In this document: in pieces, positions 38,241 through 49,816 of the stretch
Position numbering within the stretch: position 1 is the first letter of the stretch
Layout of the letters: the number at the start of each line of letters is the position of its first letter
Assembly (NCBI GenBank): GCA_036172245.1
Contig: JAYWIR010000024.1
Span: forward strand, 2,604,001 to 2,668,000
Direction: 5' to 3'
Source: Raillietiella orientalis
Taxonomy: Eukaryota
Length of the DNA stretch: 64,000 nt
Notes under the pieces: model-generated
What the model was told of the DNA's origin: nothing
Seen by the model: only the letters and a program-made list of their open reading frames with translations
Database searches by the model: none
Program-made: the position numbers and the translations under genes

Positions 38241-39861
38241 GCCCCGCGTTGGCGGCTGTGTGGCAGCGGTCTCCACGCGTGGTACCACGCGTTGCAAGCT
38301 CGAAACCCCACGTGGAGATCGACGCTGAGAAATGGGCACCTCGAGTTGCCCTCGTAGGATGACGCGGGTTGGCCTATTCGGGTGCGGCACTGGTTGACAG
38401 CTGGTCACCGGGACGTTCATTTATAAAAAATAAACGTCTGTGGCAGGACGTTTGATCCTGCCACGTTACTTATGGATACGAAAAGGAACCTGCCGGGAAC
38501 TGGCACGCAGGCCACCGGGTCGGCTCCTGGGCAGCACAGGGGAAGGGGAGACAAACAAAAAGAAAACAAAAATAAAACAGCCAAAAAAGTAGGGAGAGGA
38601 GCGTGATTCGAGAAGAGATCGCTGTCTGCTGGAGGGCGTTCTCTGCATTCTTGTAAGGATGCCAGCAAGTTCCTGTTTTATGGTTCCCAGATGGGGCCAT
38701 CTTGACGCTGTCCACATGAAGAGGACAGCCAAAAAAATGGGTTCCTGTCGTTCCGGCCTCCTCTGGTGTTGCCCCATGCAGCCATGATCCAGCGTAGGCA
38801 GCAAAGTGCTGCTAGGGATGGGGCCAGCGTGAGGGAGTCGTACAGGAAGAGACGCTTCAGGAGGTTTGTGGGGTTGCCCTCGAGGATTCCAGGACGCTTT
38901 ACCGTGCCATTTGCGGTTGCGGCAAGGAGCCAAAGGGTAACACAGTTTACTAGGAGGTGCGGGAAGGATTCCCGCTCCCCGTACCTTACACAGTTTGGGC
39001 TCACACACACCCGTGTCCACAGATGCTGGTGGGCGTTGCACGAGAGGCCCCCGTGCAGCGGCATCAATGCCGACTCCTGCCACTTTAAGGGGAGGGTGCG
39101 GGTGTTCATAAGCACCGAGGGCCACTGCAGATCTTTCTCCAGAATACCCAGAGCAAAAGTCCACGAGGTCGAGCACTCGGGGTCACAGAGTCAGTGAGCT
39201 GGCTCGTCGTCGACTCGCCCAGTCCTTTTCCCCTTACGGAGATTTCCACAGTAACCTCCCATCTAGCCATAAGGATGCTGTCTATGGGCTCCCTAAGGGA
39301 GGGCAGATCGGTGTACATCGGAAGCCGGATGCCTGTTGATTGGTCGGGATCGGAAGTTGATCCCCAGGGTTCCTTCTAGGAATCAAAGAGCCGGTTCTCC
39401 TCGGGGTTTCCTTTCCGGTTTTGAAAATGGAGCCGTATCAACGAGCTGGTTGATTGATTCCTCTCCAGAGTGTCAAGAAGCGCTCTGCTCTCTCCGGGGA
39501 CTGGCCCTTCAGAGAAATCTGGAAGCATCCCTTCAAAGTTCTCTTGAGAGGAGGAAACAAGAAGTGGATCCTTTTAGGGTTCTTTCGGAGAAGAAATGAG
39601 CAGCAGATCCCACAAACCTATAGGGATCCCTTTGGAGAGAACAAGGGCGAGAATTCCCTTTAGGGTTTCCTCCCAAGAGTAAGAGGAACAGATTCCTTCC
39701 TTTGAAGCCTTCCTGGATTCATAGGATGGTACCCTCCCGAAGTACCCCCCCTAAATTGAAGAGTTGACACGCACCTTCGGGTCGCGTGGACGGTGTTTAA
39801 AGGGCTTCGTGAGTCCTTGGGCGAACGACCCTGGGTGCTTAGCGAGGCAAAAAAAAAAAAA
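38241..39861 (+). mobile_element. tRNA-headed SINE copy 3, split by retrotransposon copy C (pieces 38241-38393 and about 39322-39861)
   Basis: ...gtgcggcactgg | aagccggatg... rejoins the copy 1 sequence gatgcggcactggtggaagccggatg; ends in an A run at 39849-39861. Confidence 0.75.
38394..39309 (-). mobile_element. 5'-truncated L1/Tx1-like retrotransposon, copy C, inserted antisense into a SINE
   Basis: VSPNCVRYGERESFPHLLVNCVTLW matches copy A VSPNCKRCGEVETPPHLLLDC; ends gaccagcTGTCAA; only a degenerate TSD (ggtgcggcactgg / ggtgtacatcgg), so the 5' boundary is approximate. Confidence 0.8.
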
Positions 39862-39904
39862 CAGAAAACTAAAGAGCTTTCCAGATTTCCAGCATCCTGG
39901 ACCA

Positions 39905-40843
39905 CTCCCTTTGAGCCAGTGCTTCCCTCCCTGAGGGACCCAAGGGACAGCATAATCTCGGCAATGTGGGAAGTGATTTCCTGCATAGCAGCAAAGAGGA
40001 AACTTCTGGGGGCGTGGACAACTCGGGAGGTGACGGACTCTGCGATTTCGAGTGTCCCAACCCAAGGACTTCCACACCGGGGAGACCTGCTCGGCATTCC
40101 TCCGGAGGAGGCGAAGTGGCCTCCAGCACACTGGAATCGTAGCGCCTTCCCCCGGAAGTGGCAGGAGTTGTGTTGCTGGTGGTGCAAGGGGGAATGCAGT
40201 GCAAAGAGTGCCTTCGCCACTGGACACGTGGATGCTTAGTGCAGCAGGTGCGGGAGGAAGTAAACTCCTCGCACCTGCTGTTGGACTGTGCTGCCTTCCG
40301 ACCACTTTGGAATCTCCTCGAGACGATCCTAGGAACCCCGGGGGTGGGAGACCCCAGCGAAATTTTCAGACGCTTCTTCGTGCGTGGTACTGCACTGTCG
40401 CCGGCCACGTCCCTCGCAGCTTCCTCCTCCTATCTCCGCGGGATCGCAGCGGCCTGAAACGCCAGAATAAGAGACCGAAATGGCAGGGATGCCATCCACT
40501 GGGTGTGGATCTTCCTGAAGAGCGCCTCGAGATGACCTCACCTGGGAGCTACACGGATGGAACTTGCCAGCATCCTGAACAGGATGTAGAGGACACCTGG
40601 CAGCGTACCGTGATCCCTTCCTCGAGCCCTCCCCTCCCCGTGTATAATTTCCCCTCCCCCATTTCGTGTGTTTATTTTTTTGGTGTGTTTTTGTTTCCCC
40701 TTCCCCCACGCTGCCGAAGCGGACCTCCTCGGTCTGCGAATCGACCTTCGGCAGGTCCATTAGATGTAGAACCAACGGTTCGACCACACCAATATATTTT
40801 TATTTCTTTATGTGATAAATGGCTCGGCACGACCGTGTGATAA
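39905..40843 (+). mobile_element. 5'-truncated L1/Tx1-like retrotransposon, copy D
   Basis: EEVNSSHLLLDCAAFRPLW...IFRRFF matches the other copies; ends gaccgtgTGATAA; probable TSD catcctggacca (39893-39904) / cattctgggcca (40845-40856), 10 of 12 identical. Confidence 0.85.
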
Positions 40844-41549
40844 TCATTCTGGGCCAATAGTAGCGATCTTTCTCCGTGAGGTTGCCACTGGTCTTTTTTA
40901 AAAAACAGAACCTCTGCTCAAGTTGGAGTGGCTCCATGTTTGCTCAACCTTTATTTATTAAGTTCCAAAACCTGAAGGGGATTTTTGAATTTCAACATGG
41001 CAAAGTATGGAATTGCAGATCTTTTCGTTGAGTCGGGCCGCTACAGGATTTGACTTGAATGGCTCACTAGCGACCATACTTTCCCGTTTTCCTTCGACTT
41101 CTTTGGAAGTCTTGGGTTAAACAGAGAGCATCCTTTCATGAGGACTAGGAGAGAGCAGCTACCCGATTCGAATGTTACAGGTTCTGTCCTCTCTTATCTT
41201 TTCATTTCAAAACAAAAGTGACTTCCTGTCTCGGTGGCAGAATTTTTTCAAGCGGTCAGTAGTGTTCTAAGTCTTGTCTTTCGTATTCTCCTTCGGTTCC
41301 TCTCGAAGATCAGTTTGAAAAAAACCATCATGAATTTAGCATTCGCAGGAAAATTCCAAAGATGGTGCCTATGTGTTCAGCTTTGGTATATACCCCATCT
41401 CTACACCTAATGCGTTGAAATGGCTCGCAACGTCAGTATGTTCGCTTTCAAAGTTTTCTCTCCGGTGCACAAATTGTTCTCGCAAGTCATGGACAGAACA
41501 CCGTCAATACATAAACGAACGAATTTTGTACACGCGAAGACCACGCTCT

Positions 41550-42950
41550 CAGCCATTGTGGGCTGAAGGAGTCTCTTTTGGAGGCGATTTCTACTAACGG
41601 TTTAAGCACCCATCAGCCGATATCAAGTTCATATCGCAGCCAGCTTGTAGTCTTGAGCCTCAAAGAGCTCATTAGCTGCAATGGACCATAGATGAAACCA
41701 ACGAATCCTAATGAACTGTGTACTTGGTGTTTAGCATCCTTTGCGACATGAATGCTGTTATTGGAAATAAATATTTGCTAAACGATCTAACTTTGAAGAC
41801 ATATATTATTTGAGTATTTCAAATGTTCATTCTTTCAAAGCAACTGGCTATCTGCTGTTTCTGCGGAATCTTCGTGAATTTTTCAAGTGAAGTTTCTTGT
41901 TTTTTCCGCAAACATTCTAGTGCGAATCGCTTGGTAGGTCTCTTCGTACTCGTACAGCGTAACAGTACAAGGAGCGATGTGTCTTGTGGTGCCGTTTGCC
42001 ATAATGCTCCTCACACACGGCCATCTCCTGCAAAATCGAGCGTTATTTCTCTGCTGACTTCACGGAGCCTTTCTCCTGGAATCCAATGATTTTCAGGAAA
42101 CGTCGTGGGTTTTTGAAACGACAGAAGAACAGAATTCATTTACAGATCACTAGATGCTGTGCTACTCTTTCGTGAGTGCGCAGTTCTCGTAAATGCATGA
42201 CTGTGGTCTGTACATCATTTGAAAAACGATGGTGACCCGGAAAAACCACCATTATGAACTCTGACTTTGTCTGTCGTCGTTGCCATGAGTTTGTTTCCAT
42301 GAGAACAGATTTCAAATTCCACTCATCATTCAGGGTAGCAGCATAGCTTGCGAAATATGTCCCACAACTTTATCAGCTAAATATCAGGGTACACTGCGTT
42401 CATTCCGAAATTCCTTTCTGGACTTATATGTTTAGTAGACAGACGATGACTGAGGGTCAAATTTTGGGTACCATCTAAAGCGCACCAGAAATTCGAGTTC
42501 TCTCATAGTTGTTGATAGCCACATAACTAATTGGCCATTCATCAGAGCGCAACTTCACGACGACAACATTTGCAATCTCCTTTGCATCACAGCGTTACGA
42601 TACCTGGACCGTTTTCAAGAGTTTCCATGTATTCAGCAACGATGCTTTCGATACGCATCCGCTAACGGAGGGAGCAATTTCTGGAGAATTCGATAGTTGG
42701 AAGGAAGTTGAAAATCGTGGTTGTCTGATCGTCGTTCCGTGGAAGTGGTTGTGGATGCGGTTTGATACAAGTGAAAGTGGCAACGGCTTGTGAGTACACA
42801 TAGACTTGCGTGGCCAATGGTCTTTTCGGAGTCCCTATAAAACCTTCCTCATTTCATGGGTAAGCCTTCCTTAATTCTGCTGAGTTCAATCAACCAACCA
42901 GCCGATGAAGAGTCCACATTCCATCTGGTCTCTCCTGACCTGTCCAGTCG
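41550..42950 (-). mobile_element. Decayed hAT (Ac/ZBED-like) transposase remnants, probably two fragments
   Basis: Scattered motifs: ETRWN (about 42918-42932), QPRF for DPRF (42712-42723), DEWPISYV (42520-42543), DEWNLKSVLMET (42292-42327), VLKPLVE (about 41600); many stops and frameshifts. Confidence 0.5.
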
Positions 42951-45900
42951 TATGAATTTCACTCGAGCGCTGTACTGCCCTGTGTACACGCATTGTCTTC
43001 TTGTTGCTTTAGATGTAAAAGTTGTTGTGGATAACTTGAACCCTGACTGCTCTCAATGCCTTGAGGTCTTATGGAAACGTTTGTGTAGAAAATGGAATTA
43101 TCACGGTGATGCAGTTGGATTTAAAAAAAAAATGCAAATGAAAATTCAAGAATTAAATAGAGAGAGTGAGAGAGAGAGAGGGAAGATGCAATTCGAGATT
43201 ATCTTATAAAGAACAAGAGTTGATAAAGGAAGCAGTTCTAGATTTCAAGCACTGGGGCCCGAGGCAGACATTAGTCCCGTATCCCCTAAACAGCTTCCCG
43301 ACCCCTAATCGGAAAACTGTTCCGGAACAAGCGAAATTCTCTGGAGATCTCGATTCAGGTATTCTAAGATTAAAGGAATTAGCCATCACGCTCTTTTCGG
43401 AAGGACCAATGCTGCCGATCCCATTCGTGGAAAAGCACGCAACTGTGATCAATCCGGTCGAAGGCAGATCAGAAGCAAGTTGGGCTGCTCACAGTTTATC
43501 CGGAGGTCGAAAGATATGTACAGTAGTAGTTTCCATACAGATATCCAGTACTCCATCAAAAGCTCTGATTGCAACGGATCGACGAATACCTAAGGAACAG
43601 ACTGTTTCCGGAAAACCCAGGCGGAATGCACGCCGGAAAAGAATTCTGAGATCATGAGTGAGGAAATCACGTGTCAGGAACCATTCCCACTGAGAAGATG
43701 GAAACTAGTAAACGAACCCTTTTCAAGAACAGCTACGCTCTCGAGTCACCAACTTATTTCACCTTCTATGTCATTGCAAATCTCTGACGTGGCTGTTCTG
43801 TCAAGTGAGAAACTTTGATTTTCAAATTTTCCTTCCGTCAGTAGACGTTTTTTCATGTTATAAAGTTTATTGAAACGGATCTTTTGTAACTCCGGGGTGA
43901 ACTGGCCCCCCAAAATCGGTTTCCCATTCCCCAGAGCTGAGCGTTCCGGCGAGATGACGGCGAAAATCGACTTGGCAGCAATTGTCCGTTCTCAGAGAGA
44001 GAGAGAAGACCTGCAGGAAGCTGAGGGCGCGGAACGCTCGAAAATGGCCTAACCTTCTTGCGTGTGGTCACCTGCCCCGTTGCGGATATATTATCAAATG
44101 CAGGCACAAATCTATCACAGCGAATTGCGTTCGTATCCCGCTCACTGGCAAAATGCTGCTGCAAAGGCTCCGAAGGAAACGAGAATGGATGCTTGGACAT
44201 CATGAAAATTATCGGAGTAGATTATCTTCAGCTGTCGGAATAGATTGCCTTCTTTCGTTGCCAAAATGCTCAAATGGCCACGAATCCGGAAAAAAGGAAA
44301 TTCATAGAAAGGTTTCATGTAGACCGATAAGTTTTCAGGTAGCCCGAGGTAATCGATATGGTCATTAATAAGGCATTAATGAAGACTTTACAAGCACAGC
44401 TTGAGGAGCAGTGGGTCACATCCCAAGATCACGAAAGTATCCAAAATAGATTTCCTTGAAAATTATGTTTCATCACATTCGCCTTATCTCCCATAAAGAT
44501 TCGAGAATTCCGGACAAGCACGCTGAAGGACAAAACAGCAGGAGGAGCAACGGAAGATTGCTGAAACCAACTCGCAGGCTGAAATTTTGCTTCTGCGTGA
44601 TCACAGTCGAGAGATCATCCAACTAATCAAAAGGGAAAACGGATTGAACTCTGCTGCAACGGTTGCCCGACGAGAAAACGTGAGAACACATACGATGAAG
44701 TTTGCATGGGCACTTTCACACTTTGGGATTCTCATCGAGTGCAGAACCCAGGATCCTGGAGAGGACACGAATGAAGCCATGGTGACAGTTTCACTGGAGT
44801 CAACTGACATCGATAATTGGAAACGCCTTGTCACAGAGACAGGAAAAAAAAGCCTATCGGATGCACAGTTCCAAGTTCTATGTCTTCATATTCATTTGCA
44901 TTATGGCACGCACACACACACACCCAACAAAAAACCAAGAAACCAAAGACGTGCTTTCAGAGAAAGGACTCCCTCGACCACTGTTAAGCGCCGAGTTTAA
45001 ATAAATAATAATTTAAAGGCGTTGTACATTTCCCTGGAGTCCGTCCCTTTTCGAACTGCATAACGTGCTTTCACGTTGATTTTAAGAGATAGCAAAAGAA
45101 ACGAATGAACAGAGATAACTCATCTTCCAGAACTTCATCACGTATTCCAAAAAGACTTCGTCTCTTAGAGAGATAAATCTCGCGGCAGTGCTTCATCCAT
45201 CAAACGTGGATCGCTGCAATTTTCGTTTCCTTCACCATTCGCACGCAAATTTTTGGTTCCTTCTCCACAAAAATTTTCCATTCATCGTGTACTTCGCTTG
45301 TCTTGCGTAGGTCACCCAGTAACTCGCCTCTGATGATAAAAGTGTGCAATGCGTAGAATGCTTTGTCTGCTCTGATGTAAATACATACATACATACATAT
45401 ATATATATATGTTTCATAGGTATGTCACTTAAACAATTGGAATGAAAAAAAATATAGAAGCCTTGTGAAGGGATTTCGGGAAGACTCAGTTGGCACTGGT
45501 CGCCGCCATCACCTGAAAACTGCCTGCAAACGACGCGTAAGAAGTGGTCTCGTTGCACAGCGACCCAAGGCTGGAATACCATCTCGATTTGCGATTGATT
45601 AGAGCAATCTGTGAAATCCGAAATTTCACCAAACTGTTCTCCCTACAAAGCATTCTGACGGGTCTGGGTCTGCGGAGCAAGCCCGCAGTTTCTGTGCATC
45701 CTCATGAGACCTCCAAGCACGCCATTCTCCTCGAACCCAGGAGAGAAGCTTTCAAGACCACTCATGAGACCGCACAAAGCGTTAGGTAGGGATACGCAAA
45801 TCCCCTACATAAAAATGGGACCGATGGCTGCACGCAATTCCTCCCGAGTGCGTTCCTCCCGTAAACAAGGAACCTCATGCCTCGTCCCTGTTCAAACACA

Positions 45901-48900
45901 TTTAGGCGCGGCGCTCCAGGCACACTCTTCCAAATGACAGAATCGCTTTACTTCCTCTCGCGAAGCACCCATGCAGCACATCTGACTATCCAAGAAAGCA
46001 GTCGTTTGAGGAGATTATTCCTGTGCCTACGGAGAGCGAAGAGTAAGGAAGCCCTGCATATGTAGTTTCCGTATCTATAAAGGTCACACCTGCCATTATG
46101 TTCATCTTAAAACTGTAGCCCTTGTAGCCCGGTTAATTAAGTGCACAAACTCCCGCTGTTTTGAAGACAAGTGATGAATGAATTGTGAAAGAGTTGAAGA
46201 GGTTGGGAGAGGAATGCATTCGGGAAGCCCAAACTGGAATAACGATGCAGGCAAGGCAAACCTTACTCCCAAAATAACTCTTCGGAAATTTGATCTAATT
46301 GGTGACGATGACAGCATCTCAATTGCTCCATCCCCTGGCGTTTAAAAAGAGACCACTCGTTTCCCACAACCCCGTGATGAAAGGAAAAGTTTCCTGAAAC
46401 TGTTCTTTTCAGGAAAATAAATCAGCAGACTTACTATATTGAAAAAAAAAAAAAAAAAAAAATAGAATTGCTTTTCGAAAATACGAGTTCTCAAAATTAC
46501 TGGGGTGTGCACAGACCATTTTCTGTGGTTCTATCGGACCAGAGATTCATTCGTGTTCTTGGCAGGCACCATGAGTTGCAAATTTAGCACTCGATAGAAT
46601 TTTGTTCTAAAGCAGCTGTCACACTGCACACCCTAAGTTTAATGCATCGTACAAGCATCACCACACATTCAACATAACCCCGATCTCCACCTAAGCTTTG
46701 TACAAAGCCTTGATGCGCGCACACGGTTTTAGATATTCACCACATTTGCATAAAGAATAGGAAAAAAAAAAAAAAATCATTTCTGCGATCATATATCAAA
46801 CAAATATCTTTAAAGAACGTCGCACAACACGAAAAAGCCACGTCTTTGCAGCGAGAACTTCAAAGATTGGATTCTACGGCGTGTTACTTCTAACAACGCG
46901 TCTTACAGTGCAAGACGTCCAGTGTTCAGCTGTCTTCACGCTTCATGAAAACTCTACCGAGTACATGACGCTTCATCTAATAAATTCCGGAAACTTTGCG
47001 CACACTGCCTGCTACAAAACCACAGGAATTTTCAAGTGATTCAGCCGTCTGATCGGATTTTCAAATCTACCACATTCGGACCGGCTTTCTTTATGGCTGA
47101 CGGCGACCCAATCCAAGGTCCCAACAGGTCAGCAGCATCCGTAAATCAGCTCCTGGCTCTTGCACGGTGAAGGCGTGCGCAATCCCTAACGCAGTAAGTG
47201 ATACGGCCTAGATCGTGTGCACTACCCCGAAATGTGCACTGAGACTTACACTTTTAACATACAAATTGAGCTTCAGAGATGCGTTGCTGCTAAAACAGTT
47301 GCACCCAAACAGTCCACACTTCCGTGGATGTCTCACATGCTCTCATAATCATTTCAAAACAGACGGGAGAAGAAGATGCCTTCTTCTGTTCTCAGAGAGA
47401 TCACTTCCTGATTGGATTGCACCAAAAACGAAGGAGGGAACAGTGCACTCGGAAGAGCACTCTCGCGTGTTACGGCAGCAACGTTCAGCCGCACTTTTCA
47501 AATACGAACCATCGCACTCGTCAAGAAATAATGCAGGATTTACAAATTTGGAGCCTTCACAGCCACGACATCCATGTTAATCTTGGTAACTAGGCAAGAT
47601 TTTGGTCGATCATTCGGCGGACACACAAATCTTCGCTTTCTCAGGATGCAGCTTACAAGCGTGTATTTGTAAACATCAGCACGAATTCTCAACGTATTCT
47701 AAAAGACGTACGGCAAATACTTGGCATTTCTAAAAACAAGCTAAAAAGCAGGCAATGTGAACTGCACAAAATCCAAATCTAAACTTGTAAGGCGATCCTG
47801 TGATGCACCCTTATAAGGTGAGTCACCATGTCCTGGAAAACTAGGACTTCGGTGTGATTTACATATTTCTGTTTCAAAGCTTTCTTAGCCATGCATGCCT
47901 GGGTACATACATTGTACACTTTCCTCTACACCACTAAATTGCGGACGCTACTAAATTTCTAAGCAGGGTTTTCTAAATGACATCAACACAGACCACCAGT
48001 AATTACTATGTTGCCCACAGTACACCCAAGTAAAGATACGTTATCATAAATCGTGTGTTAGGATGCTGTTTCATTAAATGTACCCTGTAATGCAAACCAA
48101 GCTGTACTGCTCGTAAGCTGTCACTGACATGTAAATCTACCATTCATCATGCGAAAAGTATACGTGCAAATTTTGAATGCAACTATCCCAGGTGGTGACG
48201 GGATTAACGAAGCATTTAAAAAGGAGAAACAGTGAGTCTGAGGTCAGCTTTGCTATGCAGAAGCAAAATGTTCCTTCCCTGGAAATTTAATGTATCCCAA
48301 CAGTTTGTAGAACTAGCATTTGTGAGCAAACGCAATAAGAAGGAATGCAAACATGAGAATAAAGGGCTCGTGCTTTCCGGGAATGATATACACTTCAGTT
48401 CGGATTAATTATGCAATTGCTTTTGCAACAAGTGCATAAGCAGTGTGTTCAGTAGTGGGGCACGCAGCTAGTGTTTCACACAACCTTAACGATCCGTCCA
48501 TTGACGTCAGTGCATTCCTCATGTTTTCAACTAAACAGCATAGTGATGCACACACAAAATCGTTCAGAGTTCCATTAACAGTTTTTGGGCAATTGCAATG
48601 CTCCAAATCACAGACTAAGGATGAACTACACACAGAATTGAGTGCATGGTGCAGCAATTTGATTTGTCTAGCATCATAGCTATTTTCAGCAAAAAGCAAC
48701 ATCTCAGGTAACCGACACTGTGCCTTAAATTTTATTTATTACATGTTCTTCGAATCTGTCATTACTATTTGGACACAGACGGTATGCTTATACAAACTAA
48801 TTAAATCAGCGTTTATGCGACTTACACAATTCCTTTGATGCAAACAAAAAGCAAAACCCCCATTAAAAATGGTACTCGTTAGTGAAAGGGGAACATGATC

Positions 48901-49459
48901 CACTTCAGATATTCGAAACAACTATTGAAAAGATGAAATCAGGTGTTCAAAACTGAAAATATTGACCGCAAAACCGTGTCTTTCAAAATGGAAACTTTTA
49001 CAATGCACACAACGCAAAGTTACCAGGAAAACAGATAACATGATAACATAAGCACTTAATTTAATCTTTATGATACATCAAAATGAAACTCTATTGCAAG
49101 CTTTGAATGCAAAGCAATTACACTTTGGATAAAATGAAAATGATCTACACACTTCTAAATTATTGCAGGTGCAAAAACATAAGTGATGCCAACATCCACA
49201 TCCTAATTTTACCAATACTATCAAAATTCTGTTTGTTATGATACTGAAAACTTTGTTTCATTAACTGTCATTCTCCACAAAATTTCAAACTTGTGTGATT
49301 AAACTTACAAATACAAAACCACACTCTGGGTTCTATGCTTGCAAGGCCTAAAAGTGAAATCCAGGTTTATCTAATGAATAAACTACACCTTTGACAGATT
49401 ACTTTGGAATGAAACTATTATTGTGCTTGTTTACTAAATTTGCACACAAAGATTACTAT

Positions 49460-49465
49460 TTTATT
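49460..49465 (-). promoter_or_regulatory. Candidate polyadenylation signal (AATAAA) of RABGGTB
   Basis: AATAAA on the minus strand about 150 nt past the stop codon; a further candidate lies near 48731-48740. Confidence 0.45.
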
Positions 49466-49614
49466 GCATTACAACAGTAAATTGCTGATCAATATGCAGA
49501 CATTTGATTCTTTTTAAGTGGAGATGACAACTAATGAAGTTCTTTATACAAGTGTTCTGGATTCTATATACAACAGTACAGACATCTTACTGGCATGCTG
49601 AGATTGCAACACTT

Positions 49615-49816
49615 CTATAAGAGGAATTGGGTGTGTATGCCCAATCGCTCAATAATGTAATGTGGCATACAGAAAACAGGATTGATGGGCTTCAATGAGG
49701 TATCACCAAGAAGACTGAGTCCAGCTAAACCAAAAACTGTGTGGAAAGGATCGGGCATATTCCCAGGACGGTCACTAATACCACCAGTCTCAGAATCTTG
49801 ACTAGCAAGAATGAAT
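49615..49816 (-). CDS. RABGGTB: RABGGTB coding exon 6 (202 nt, includes TAG stop)
   Basis: Acceptor attccag; [26 protein letters not shown]...QFLL*. Confidence 0.95.

Noticed and set aside
40711..40758. HDV-like or twister ribozyme assignment for the retrotransposon 3' UTR
   Set aside because: Isolated words (tcctcg, gcgaat, gccggtc) resemble these ribozymes, but the helix order does not fit either fold and the words are not shared by all copies; reported only as an unclassified structure.
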